Source of the DNA: an uncultured Verrucomicrobiae bacterium
GTDB taxonomy: Bacteria; Verrucomicrobiota; Verrucomicrobiia; Chthoniobacterales; JAFAMB01
Direction of reading: 5' to 3'
Length of the DNA stretch: 64,000 nt
NCBI GenBank assembly: GCA_963813025.1
Contig: CAWEXO010000012.1
Coordinates: 64,001 to 128,000 of the forward strand
The position numbers and the translations under genes were made by a program. The notes under the pieces are model-generated. The model was not told the origin of the DNA and did not search any database. It saw nothing but the letters and a program-made list of their open reading frames with translations. The stretch's first letter is position 1. The number at the start of each line of letters is the position of its first letter. Below are positions 30,738 through 40,262 of the stretch, in pieces.

Positions 30738-30866
30738 AACACAATCTTAGCAGCCTCGGACGAGATGCCAACGGTATTTGAACGCATCGTGTAAAAATTG
30801 ACCATCAGAGAAACTCCAAGATCTGACTTGCAGCCCGACGGCCCTGTGATCTTTCTTTCTCTCGAA

Positions 30867-33302
30867 ATGCGGCTTACCAAGCTCTCTGTTATCTTAGCCG
30901 CGCTTTGCGCGATGCCGGTTCCCCAGGGCCAAGCTGCGCCCGCCGCCGTCCCCAAGCCTTCGGCGAGCGCACCCGTCCTTGTGACGCCTTCTCCCCGACC
31001 AGCGTCTTCTCCGCGACCGGCACCCTCTCCGCGACCGGCGCCCACACCGATTGACCTCCCTGAGATTGTGGAAGAAGCTCAGTCGACCCTCGGTGCTCTT
31101 GCCCAACTTCAGAACGGCCTGAACCCGGACCCGGCGAGCGTGTCGGCTCGTGAAAACCTTTCAACGCTGACCCGCGATATCGATCGGCGAGCGACCGATC
31201 AGGCAAAACTTTCTTCCGAACAAGCCTCGATTGACGCGATCAACCGTTCGCAGGCCGCCTGGGGCGAACTTCAGGACAATCTGGCAACTCTGAATCGAGA
31301 TCTTGCCCGGCGCGCAACCACGCTTGATGCGGACCTCGCGCAATTAAACCAGTACAGCGCCGTTTGGGAGGCAACTGCGGAGGCGACCCGAAAAGCGCAG
31401 ACACCGCCCGAAGTCTTACAGCGAGTCGATTCGGTCATCGCCAAGGTGCACGAAACCAAGCAAGTGGTGGAAAATGCACGAGCCGATATCCTCGGCCTGC
31501 AAAGCCGGGTGCTGGAGCAATCTGACCGCGTTCGAGCCGCTCTGGAGACTCTCCAGCAGTTCGCGGCCGATGCGGCCAAAAGACTCTTTGTACGGGACAG
31601 TCTCCCGATCTGGAATCCGGAGTTTATTGCGCAATCCAGGTGGTCGGAAGAAAATCGGGAAAGCTTTTCGTCGGATCTGGCTTTCCTCCGGGCTTATGTG
31701 GTCGATCGGCCGGGCGCATTTCTGGTCCACGGAGCACTCTTTGTTCTACTGTTCTTTACCATGCGCTGGCTGCGCCGGCGCGTGAGTGCCTGGACCGAGC
31801 AGGAGCCGAGACTCCGGCGGGCCGCGCCGGTGTTTGATGTCCCTCTGGCAGCGGCGATCGCTCTTTCGTTTCTGTTCGTGAGCTTTATCTACCCGCAGGC
31901 ACCCCCGCCGCTCATGGCGATTTTAGGCGCGATCGGCCTTCTTCCGGTTGTCATTATCCTGCGACGGCTGCTTGAACCGGCCCTCTTTCCGGTGCTGTAC
32001 GCGTTCGTGGCCTTCTACTTTGTCGATAGGATACGCATGCTCCTCAGCCCACACCCGCTGCTGGCTCGGTCCACGCTGTTATTCGAGGCAGCCGCTGGGT
32101 GTCTCTTTATTCTGTGGGTGCTGCGCCACAGTGCTCCTCCTGGATCTCGCGAGCGTGAGACCCGAGCTTTTGCCCGCACGTTCCGCGCTGCCCTCACCGT
32201 TCTGGCTATTGGTTTTCTCACCGCGTTTCTGGCCAACGCGCTGGGTTACGTCAATTTCGCGAACTTTGTCATGACGGCCATTCTGCACTGTGCCTATGCG
32301 GCTTTTCTGCTCTATGCAGTCGTCCGAATCCTGGAAGGCTTCACAATTATCGCTTTGGAAACGCGACCCCTGGCTTTGTTCAAGGCGGTCAAACGGTACC
32401 GCGAAGTGCTCCAGCGCCGGATCGGAGCCGTGGTTCAGGCCGCAGTTTTTCTGTGGTGGCTGAGCATAGCCTTGCGCTCCTTCGCGCTGCGCGAAGCGGT
32501 CCTTCAACAGCTCGATACGGTCCTAAACGCTACCTTCTCCCTGGGATCAATCAGCATCTCGTTGGGACGAATCCTCGCCTTTGTCATCGCGATAGTCGGT
32601 TCATTTCTGATTTCCCGCTTTGTCCGTTTCATTCTGGAAGAGGATATCTATTCCCATCTCCGGCTTCCCCAAGGAGTTTCTTATGCGGTCTCGACGCTCC
32701 TGCACTACGTACTGATTGTGTTCGGATTTTTTGTCGCGCTCGGCGCGCTCGGCTTCGACCTCACGAAATTCACGATTCTCGCGGGCGCCTTCAGCGTAGG
32801 CGTGGGGTTTGGCCTGCAAAACATTATCAACAACTTTGTATCCGGCGTTATCTTGCTGTTCGAACGCCCAATTAAAGTCGGCGACGTTATCCAGGTCGAA
32901 ACCGCGATTGGCGAGGTTCAACGCATTGGCATCCGCGCGAGTATCATCCGGACAACCGAAGGATCGGAAGTCATCGTTCCTAATGGCACCTTGATTTCCG
33001 GCCAAGTCACAAACTGGACATTGTCGGGACGTGAGCGAGTTATCGAGATCCAGGTTAGCGTCGCGCGAACAAGCGATTCCGGGGTGGTCACCAACCTGCT
33101 GGTGCGTGCGGCCGCAAACCACTCCGCGATCCTGAAACAGCCTGCGCCGAAAGCCTTCGTGACCAATCTGAGCGGCGCCGCGATGACGTTTGTCCTGCGC
33201 GCCTGGACCGATCGCTATGAGAATTGGGCCCAGGTGCGCGGCGATCTGTCGATTGCGGTCAACGCGGCATTGATGCGGGAGCAGATTGCGTTAGCGGGCT
33301 AG
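30867..33302 (+). CDS. large MscS-family mechanosensitive channel (MscK-like)
   Basis: Signal peptide, Pro-rich linker, coiled coil and many TM helices, then GAFSVGVGFGLQNIINNFVSGVILLFERPIKVGD and IVPN..LI...VTNW. Confidence 0.95.
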   Translation: MRLTKLSVILAALCAMPVPQGQAAPAAVPKPSASAPVLVTPSPRPASSPRPAPSPRPAPTPIDLPEIVEEAQSTLGALAQLQNGLNPDPASVSARENLSTLTRDIDRRATDQAKLSSEQASIDAINRSQAAWGELQDNLATLNRDLARRATTLDADLAQLNQYSAVWEATAEATRKAQTPPEVLQRVDSVIAKVHETKQVVENARADILGLQSRVLEQSDRVRAALETLQQFAADAAKRLFVRDSLPIWNPEFIAQSRWSEENRESFSSDLAFLRAYVVDRPGAFLVHGALFVLLFFTMRWLRRRVSAWTEQEPRLRRAAPVFDVPLAAAIALSFLFVSFIYPQAPPPLMAILGAIGLLPVVIILRRLLEPALFPVLYAFVAFYFVDRIRMLLSPHPLLARSTLLFEAAAGCLFILWVLRHSAPPGSRERETRAFARTFRAALTVLAIGFLTAFLANALGYVNFANFVMTAILHCAYAAFLLYAVVRILEGFTIIALETRPLALFKAVKRYREVLQRRIGAVVQAAVFLWWLSIALRSFALREAVLQQLDTVLNATFSLGSISISLGRILAFVIAIVGSFLISRFVRFILEEDIYSHLRLPQGVSYAVSTLLHYVLIVFGFFVALGALGFDLTKFTILAGAFSVGVGFGLQNIINNFVSGVILLFERPIKVGDVIQVETAIGEVQRIGIRASIIRTTEGSEVIVPNGTLISGQVTNWTLSGRERVIEIQVSVARTSDSGVVTNLLVRAAANHSAILKQPAPKAFVTNLSGAAMTFVLRAWTDRYENWAQVRGDLSIAVNAALMREQIALAG

Positions 33303-33332
33303 CTTAGCTAGACATATCGCTCTGGTATTTTG

Positions 33333-35235
33333 ATAGGGGTAGGGACGCCGGATTAGCAGCGCCCCTCCCTCCGAACCGGACTGGCGGATCTCCCGCATCC
33401 GGCTCTCCAGTTGGTGGTTAACTTCTAAGAAGATCGGCAAGCCACACGATGTGCTTGTCGTAAGGAAAACAAGCCCACTGTGGAGAAGTAGGTGTTGGGC
33501 CAGAGTTGATGATCGCTTCCGCGACCGTGTCCTTCTTTGCCCATCCGTTGACGCAGGATACTGCGCAGACGGCCCCGGGTGTATTTGTCGACGGCTCCGA
33601 AGACAGGGCTTTTACTGTGCTTGAAGTACTCGAACCAGCCGCGCAGGCTTTTATTGAGATCCGCGCAGATGGCCTGCAGACTACGGCCCTCGCTGCGACG
33701 GGTCTTTTCCCGGATTGTGTCCTTCAGTTTATCCATGCTTTTCTTTCACGGCCATTTCATGTCCCGCTCAAAATGGTAACCCAGGAAGTCGAAGCCTCCG
33801 GGTTGACTGGCATCGACCAGTCGGGTTTTGTGCGGGTGCAGGATTAGACCGTTTGCTTCTACCCAATGGCGAACTTCTTCGAGGGCTCTTTGGGCTTGTT
33901 GTTGGTCGCGACACAGCACGATGAAGTCATCGGCGTAGCGTACCATTTCAAAGCTCTTTTGTGCCATTTGCCAGTCCAATCCATTCAGATAGATATTCGA
34001 TAACAATGGACTGATGACCGCTCCTTGCGGTGTGCCTTGCTCGGTCGGTTGCCATCCTTTAGCACTGTCCATGACTCCGGCCTGGAGCATCTGTTCCAAG
34101 AGTCCCAACACCCGCCCGTCCGCAATCTTTTCCTCGATGCACTGCAGCAAAGCCTTTTGCGGAATGAGGTCAAAGTAGGATTTCAAATCCGCATCGACCA
34201 CCCAGTGATAGCCGCTTCTGAGCAGCTCCTCGACTCGGCGCAGTGCGTCCTTGCATCCTTTGCCCGGTCGGAACCCATAGCTTTGCGGAGCAAAATCGCG
34301 TTCAAAGATCGGCTCAATCACTTGGAGCAGGGCTCCTTGGACGATGCGATCCCGGACCACCGGTACTCCTAGCGGCCGCTTCTCTTGACTCCCAGGCTTT
34401 GGAATCCAGACCCGTTTGACTGCTTTGGGCTGATATTGATTGGCTCGTAGTTCTTGCTCTAACTTCCTGATCGTCTGGTTTTGGTGGACTTGGACTTGGT
34501 GCACACTCTGGGAGTCGATCCCAGGGCTGCCGCCTTTGGCCACCACCTTTTCCAGCGCTCGAGTCAGATTCTTTGGACTCCAGACTTTATCAATCAACCG
34601 AAACCACTTTCCTCCTTCAATCCCCGTTTCCAGGGTTGCCAACATGCGTTCGGTCCAGGCCACTGGTTCGACCCAGGCCCACCGGGCACGGATCTCTCCC
34701 CCTTGTGGAGCCGTTGCCGGCACTACCGAGGGTTTGGGTTCCTCTGTCCTGACTTTCACGCTTCCACCTTCCTGCCTCCCTTGGCTCCACGGGCGTTACC
34801 CCGCTTCTTTGCTACTACGAAGGCTCTGTCACCTTCCGGACGCGGTTCTTCGGACTCTCTGCTGGTCATGAACGCCGCTCCTTTCCCGGATCGTGATCCC
34901 TGGTTACTGTCGCTCCAACTTCTGACCATTCTATTTCCAACCACCCCATGCACTCCGTTCTCCACGCTCACTGTCTCGTCCTAGAGCCGGTCGCTTTGTT
35001 GCCGTTTTCCCTTTCCGGGCAGCTTTCCGTTCTGGGCTTCGCCTTTCACTCGCAGGCTCGCCAGTGCATTAGGCCGAATCGAATTCACCATTGTTTTAGT
35101 TATGGACTGGTCATTCGTCTCCGGTTGCTCTCCACCCCGTCTCTCGACGACGCAGTTACCTTCGACTACGGACAGCCAGTGCTTCTGTCCGATGGGGACT
35201 TCCACCCCACTGTTGGTGCGCCCTCCCAGGCGCAC
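33333..35235 (-). mobile_element. group II intron, class C (IIC), apparently full length (~1.9 kb)
   Basis: 5' end GTGCGCCTGG at 35235. Domain V/VI GAGAGCCGGATGCGGGAGATCCGCCAGTCCGGTTCGGAGGGAGGGG...CCCTACCCCTAT ends at 33333. RT lacks an endonuclease domain, and a hairpin sits 4 nt upstream of the 5' end. Confidence 0.93.
33425..34759 (-). pseudogene. ltrA: group II intron reverse transcriptase/maturase with an in-frame TGA at 33748-33746
   Basis: KRVWIPK, RPLGVP..RDRIVQ, SYGFRPG, GTPQG.VISPLLSNIYL, VRYADD and FDFLGY. W-P-TGA-K-K-S-M continues in frame into the thumb domain (LRGWFEYF). Confidence 0.92.
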
Positions 35236-35393
35236 GAGTGCGTGCGACTTGTCGCACGCTTTCAGTCCGCCTGGAGCGCGGACTGGACCGAAAAAAGAAC
35301 CATGGAATGGAGACAGCCCGGCCGAAAAGGCCAATTTGTTGACGAACAGCGCTCCGCACCGTTTCAAAGCGGCGACAGGTCACACGCAGTCCA
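35236..35393. repeat. inverted pair of REP-like palindromes, the first interrupted by the intron
   Basis: (TTTTG|)GAGTGCGTGCGACTTGTCGCACGCTTT at 35236-35262 and an inverted copy AAAGCGGCGACAGGTCACACGCAGTCCA at 35366-35393, with 4 differences. Confidence 0.8.
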
Positions 35394-35784
35394 CCCGTTT
35401 ACTGCTCGAGCTCCCGGGCTACCAAGGATATCAAGTCTCCTGAGCGATACGGATGTCTACCGAGAGATCATCGCCCTTCTTTAACCGGGATCGGCCATGG
35501 GTGCGGATAGTAAACGTCCGTGGGCCCGAGAGGGTCGCTTCCACGATCCCCGCGCCAATCTCACTTTCCTGGAAGACGGGGCGAGCAGACTCCCAGTTGA
35601 TAACGTCCTCCTCGAGTTTCCCATCCAAGAGCCAGGTGTCCGTCGCTTTGTCCGGTTCGGATTCAGGATCTTCTTTCATCGCTTCCTCAATTTTGCCGCG
35701 AATTTTCTTCATCAACCCTTGTTCGCATAGCAAACGGACTTGGCTGTATTAGAGAAAGCAGCCTGGACTGGATCCAGCAGGCCG

Positions 35785-35908
35785 ATTTGCGGATCGGGAC
35801 CGTAGAGAACTCGAAAAACCTTTTGCGAGTGGATGAGCCGGTGCGCGCGATGAGACTTGGAGCCGGGAAAGAATCTATAGAAACAACCGCAAGTTCGGAG
35901 TCCCGCAT
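35785..35908 (-). pseudogene. possible N-terminal remnant of a tyrosine recombinase
   Basis: PSLIARTGSSTRKRFFEFSTVPIRK resembles the xRFxEFFTxxIRNxNTR N-terminus of some integrases. Similarity is then lost. Confidence 0.5.
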
Positions 35909-35909
35909 T

Positions 35910-36287
35910 TTACTGGACGAGCTTTAACCCATGAGGCAGGAAAACTTTGAAATCTTCTGTATTTGAGGTGGCTAGTCTTGCTCCCGCGACAACGGCCGTC
36001 GCAGCAATCATCGTATCTACTCTGAGATGCCGGATTCTGCCGATGCGGTTGAAGAGCCGAGCGGCTTCCGTGGCCTGGATTTCTTCGAATGCTGAAATTC
36101 CGCCGGAAAGAAAAGCACGAATCGCATTAATTTGCGGTCCGGTGACTGGACCGCAAAGAAATTCAAACCAGGCTGGAGCTGCGCAAAGCAGCTCTTCACC
36201 TGCTTGGTGCCACTGGATGAGCTGGGCAGACTCGGGTGCATCCTTGACTAGGCCGCGAACAAGGTAATTCGTATCAAGAGAGATCAT
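35910..36287 (-). CDS. vapC: PIN-domain toxin, VapC-like
   Basis: ISLDTNYLV, WFEF.CG, DTMIAATA and LATSNTEDF acidic PIN motifs. Overlaps the upstream gene by ATGA. Confidence 0.92.
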   Translation of the reverse strand: MISLDTNYLVRGLVKDAPESAQLIQWHQAGEELLCAAPAWFEFLCGPVTGPQINAIRAFLSGGISAFEEIQATEAARLFNRIGRIRHLRVDTMIAATAVVAGARLATSNTEDFKVFLPHGLKLVQ

Positions 36288-36553
36288 TTGCCTCTCCAGC
36301 GCTTTCTATCTGCGTAGACTTGAGCCAGATAGGATTCCGCTCTCTTCGGATCGAGGCCCTCTCCTGATTCTTGCAGGTGACGAAGCATAGTTACCGGATC
36401 AGATATTTGCGGTTCAGGTTGCGCTTCGGCTTGAGCGACGGCCCGCCGCACCACCTCCGCCTGGGAAACCCGCCAGCGAAGCGCGAGAAGCTTCAGGCGA
36501 CGAATCGTTTTGTCATCCAGCGCGAAGGTGGTGCGATACTTCATGGCAGCCAT
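36284..36553 (-). CDS. ribbon-helix-helix (CopG-like) antitoxin
   Basis: KYRTTFALD...LKLLA....VSQAEVVRRAV RHH pattern; coupled to the PIN gene. Start is 36553 or 36544. Confidence 0.85.
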   Translation of the reverse strand: MAAMKYRTTFALDDKTIRRLKLLALRWRVSQAEVVRRAVAQAEAQPEPQISDPVTMLRHLQESGEGLDPKRAESYLAQVYADRKRWRGK

Positions 36554-36958
36554 ACCATCACTGCATACCATCACCTTAGCGGCCTGTCGAGGCAATGTTT
36601 CAATTTCGGTGTGACCTAAGGTCGCCCTGTACTTAAATCGTAGACTACTGCACTTAATTCGTGGACTGATTTCACCCCTGAATTTCGGGTGTTGCAAAAT
36701 TCCGAAAACTTCCGCAGGTCTCAAGTTTGCTGCCCGGCAAACCAGGACGTAAGGACTCCCGAGTCTTGTCAAGGCTGTCAGTTGCGCGCATCCGATTCAT
36801 TTGGATGTCCGAGCCGCCAACGGTGTTAAGCGCCAGTCCTTTGAGGCCGCGAGCGACAGGCCGCTCGCCAGATAGAGCACGCCGGCAGCTACAAACTCGG
36901 CCGCTTGCCGATGACGTTGTAGCACGTTGTCAGCGCGGCCCTCCTCCAGACATATTGT

Positions 36959-37927
36959 TCAACGCCCGCGCGAGAGTGAGTCCATGAAATCACGTACAAG
37001 TGCCGCAATCTCGTCTGCTTTGGTATCAAGCGCGAAGTGTCCGGCGTCCAGTACGTAGACCTTCGCGTTCGGTACGTCCCTGCGGTAGCGTTCCGGCTCC
37101 GAGAGGTCGAACGAGAGGTCATACTTACCCCAGATCACCAGCAGGCGCGGCTGCTTCTCGCGCATCCATGCTTGCCACTTAGGGTAGGCATCCACGTTTG
37201 TGCGGTAGTCGTAGAAGAGATCGCTCTGAATGTCGGCCTGGCCGGGCTGGTTGAGAAAGGCAAATTCATCGGTCCAGAGATCCGGGTCATAGCGCTCCAC
37301 GTCAGGATCGTTTCCGACATGGCGCGTCCGCGTCGTCGGCAGCGACAGGAGATTTGTGCGAAGCTTGCTTTCGTTGGCAGCACGATCGACCCAAAAGGCC
37401 CGCCGTGGCTTCCAATTCGCCCCGAGGCCTTCGTTGTGCGCCACAGCGTCCTGAACGATAAGAGCCTCGATCCGGTCTGGATGGGCTAATGCCATGCGAA
37501 AACCCACGGGGCCGCCGTAATCCTGCATGTAAAGCGTGTAGCGCGAGAGCCCGAGCGCTTCAGTGAAGTGATTCATGATCTCGGCATAATGATCGAACGT
37601 GTACGCGAATTTTTTTGGGTCCGGCCAGTCGCTATGTCCGAAACCAGGGTAGTCGGGCGCGACAAGGTGATAGCGATCAGAGAGACGGACGAAGAGCGGC
37701 TCGAACATTCGTGACGAAGAAGGCAGTCCGTGGAGCAAGAGAATCGTTGGGCCATCCTTCGGCCCCGCTTCCCGATAAAAAATTGAGAGTTCGTCAACCT
37801 TCACCGTGCGATAAAAGACGTTTTGCGACATTCCTATTTTGCTCCTTTCTTGAGCTTTGAGATTACCGGTAGCAAACCCGATTGATAAGAGTAATGCCGA
37901 GTTAATCGCGATTGTTTGAAGGTCCAT
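36959..37927 (-). CDS. alpha/beta hydrolase (epoxide hydrolase / dehalogenase-like)
   Basis: LLHGLPSSS, APDYPGFGHS, QDYGG (Asp nucleophile), WGKYD and DAGHFAL. Confidence 0.93.
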   Translation of the reverse strand: MDLQTIAINSALLLSIGFATGNLKAQERSKIGMSQNVFYRTVKVDELSIFYREAGPKDGPTILLLHGLPSSSRMFEPLFVRLSDRYHLVAPDYPGFGHSDWPDPKKFAYTFDHYAEIMNHFTEALGLSRYTLYMQDYGGPVGFRMALAHPDRIEALIVQDAVAHNEGLGANWKPRRAFWVDRAANESKLRTNLLSLPTTRTRHVGNDPDVERYDPDLWTDEFAFLNQPGQADIQSDLFYDYRTNVDAYPKWQAWMREKQPRLLVIWGKYDLSFDLSEPERYRRDVPNAKVYVLDAGHFALDTKADEIAALVRDFMDSLSRGR

Positions 37928-37934
37928 GGCTCGA

Positions 37935-38063
37935 TCAGGTCGGCCGGTTCAAGGCGGCGGCAACGTCGTAGGCGACGGCTTCTTCCCGGGTCAGATCCGT
38001 CGGGCGCTCTCCCGCGACAATGGTCGCGACCTTGGCACGCGGTACGCCAGCACTCTCTGCCAA
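37935..38063 (-). pseudogene. internal fragment of a carboxymuconolactone decarboxylase-like protein
   Basis: Manual translation LAESAGVPRAKVATIVAGERPTDLTREEAVAYDVAAAL resembles the CMD/AhpD-like family. Confidence 0.55.
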
Positions 38064-38090
38064 GTGCTGCGGGGTTCCCATTTTCCGGCA

Positions 38091-38400
38091 TCAGCCGGAC
38101 ACCTCGAAGATCACTTCCAGCGCGACCGGGATACCGAGCGGAAGGCTTGCAACGCCATACACTAAGCGGCAGGGGTTCCTCTCTTTTCCGAAAAGGTCTT
38201 GTAGCAACTCCGAAGCGGCGTCGGCGACTTTCGGCTGATCGCGGACATCGCCCGAAGTGGCCACCGACTCGCCGAGCCGGACGATCCGCGTCACTTTGTC
38301 GAGCGATCCCAAGTGCTGCCTTGCGACAGCGAGGACGTTGAGCGCCGCGTGGTAGGCCGCTTTGCGCCCCATTTCCACATCGAGCTCCGCGCCGACGCGC
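38091..38400 (-). pseudogene. RidA/YjgF-family protein, N-terminus missing
   Basis: RVGAELDVEMGRKAA...LGSLDKV.RIVRL...DQPKVADAASELL...GVASLP....V.LEVIFEV. Confidence 0.8.
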
Positions 38401-38639
38401 GCTCTGGTCCGGTCATGGAACGACTTGCCCTTTTCGGTTGAATGTGGTCCCGGCGAACCCGCCGTAGTGTTCCAGCGCCTACCAAAAACCGCTCAAAACC
38501 TACTTGACCCGAGAAAAGGCGGTCGGCTGAAGGAAGGAGTTGCTGATCGAGGCGACGATCGGGCTCCCTCGCGATCGCTCTCCGCTTGCTTTTCGATCCA
38601 TTCAGGCTGTGACGAAGACGTTCCATTTCTGCGCGGGGC

Positions 38640-40262
38640 TCATTCCGCCGCGAGGTGAGCCCCTTTTTCGGCAACGGATCGCTTCATGAAGAGCACAAGG
38701 AACGCCAGTCCGACGGCGAGGACCGCGAAAATCAGAAAAGCATCAAAATAGGCCAAAGCGGAAGCTTGCTGGTCTCGTAAATTCTCCAGGGTTTGCCATG
38801 CCATCTGCTGCACCGCGACCGGATCTCGGTTTTGTTGTTGGAAGACTGGCTGCGCCTGAGCAAGGTACGAGTTTACGGCGGGGTTCAGTGGATCAAGATT
38901 CTCGTTCAAGCGCAGAGCGTGAAAGATCTCGCGCCTTTGGGTGATGGTCTGGCCCATCGACGTTCCCACGCTCCCGCCTTCATTACGTAAAAGGGCAAAA
39001 AGACCGACCGCGGCACCACGCAAGGCGCGCGGTGTATACAAATAAGCAGCAACATTCAGAGGCGCGAAAACCAGACCCAAACCCCCGACCATGACCACTC
39101 GCGGCCAAACCACGTGCCAGGCAGAAATATCCAGATTGAGTCGCGACATCCAGAAATTCCCGGCCGCCAGGATTAAGAGGCCGGTGGCAATCAGCCAGCG
39201 GGCATCTAGACCTCGACCTAACACCCTTCCCACGACCATCAGAGCGACGATCGCAAAAGCGCCGGAAGGCGAAAGGACCAGCCCGGCGTGGAAAGCATCG
39301 TAGCCGAATAGCGATTCCAACAGGCTGGGAATCAAGGTGCTGGTACCGTAAAGAACTCCGAAAGCACAGAAAATGATCACGCAGGCCACGGCGAAGTTTC
39401 GTTCCCGAAGCGGCCGAAAATTGACAATCGGACTTTCTTGACGCGTCTCCCAAAATACGAGGCTGACCGCGCCGAGCACAAAGAGAGTGGCGAGAATTTG
39501 CACACGGCCAAAGGCATCACTCAACCAATCCCATTCCTGCCCTTTGCTTAGCAGAACTTCCCAACAAACCAGGGTTAGTACGAGAAAGCTGAGCCCAACA
39601 AAGTCGAAATTGAGCGGTTTTTTTCCCAGTTCGGCCCGCTGATTACGGAGATAATCGGGGTCCTGCACCATGAGCCAACAAAGAAAGAACGCCAAAGCGC
39701 CCACGGGCAGATTGATAAAAAAGATCCATCGCCAGGAATACTCATCGGTAATCCAGCCGCCCAGGGTCGGACCGACTACTGGAGCAAGCAAAGCGGCGAC
39801 GCCAAAGAGAGTCTGGGCGGAGCCTTGTTTCTCGGTCGGAAAACTATCCAGCAGGATGGCTTGGCTGGAGGGTTGCAGACCGCCGCCGGCAAGACCTTGC
39901 AGGACCCGAAACAGGATCAACTGACCAAGGCTGGTCGCCATGCCGCAGAGCAGAGAACTTAGCGTAAAGACCGCGATGGAGAGCAGAAAATAATTGCGCC
40001 GCCCGAGATGAGCCGCTAGCCAGCCGGAGATCGGCAGGATTATCGCGTTTGCTGCGAGATAGCTGGTAACAACCCATTCGCTATCCGTAACCGCCGCCGA
40101 AAGGCCGCCCGCGATGTAGCGCAGAGCCACATTGGCGATGGTCGTGTCGAGTACTTCCATGAACGTCGGCACGACGACAGCCATCGCGATGAGCCACGGA
40201 TTGAAAACTCGCGGGCTGGCCGCCGCCAAGGATGCGGAGATGGCCGGCATTTGCGCGCTCAT
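38640..40262 (-). CDS. DHA2-family MFS efflux permease (EmrB-like)
   Basis: FMEVLDTTIANVAL, WVVTSYL, RVLQGLAGGGLQP, APVVGPTLGGWITD..SWRWIFFINLPVG. Confidence 0.96.
   Translation of the reverse strand: MSAQMPAISASLAAASPRVFNPWLIAMAVVVPTFMEVLDTTIANVALRYIAGGLSAAVTDSEWVVTSYLAANAIILPISGWLAAHLGRRNYFLLSIAVFTLSSLLCGMATSLGQLILFRVLQGLAGGGLQPSSQAILLDSFPTEKQGSAQTLFGVAALLAPVVGPTLGGWITDEYSWRWIFFINLPVGALAFFLCWLMVQDPDYLRNQRAELGKKPLNFDFVGLSFLVLTLVCWEVLLSKGQEWDWLSDAFGRVQILATLFVLGAVSLVFWETRQESPIVNFRPLRERNFAVACVIIFCAFGVLYGTSTLIPSLLESLFGYDAFHAGLVLSPSGAFAIVALMVVGRVLGRGLDARWLIATGLLILAAGNFWMSRLNLDISAWHVVWPRVVMVGGLGLVFAPLNVAAYLYTPRALRGAAVGLFALLRNEGGSVGTSMGQTITQRREIFHALRLNENLDPLNPAVNSYLAQAQPVFQQQNRDPVAVQQMAWQTLENLRDQQASALAYFDAFLIFAVLAVGLAFLVLFMKRSVAEKGAHLAAE

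Noticed and set aside
3372..33748. Stop-codon reassignment suggested by in-frame TAG/TGA codons
   Set aside because: TAG and TGA end many intact genes normally here; the isolated in-frame stops fit mutation or sequencing error better.
33425..34759. RT as a retron or diversity-generating retroelement
   Set aside because: It is flanked by clear group II intron 5' (GTGCG) and domain V/VI ends. I saw no template/variable repeat pair or msr-msd.
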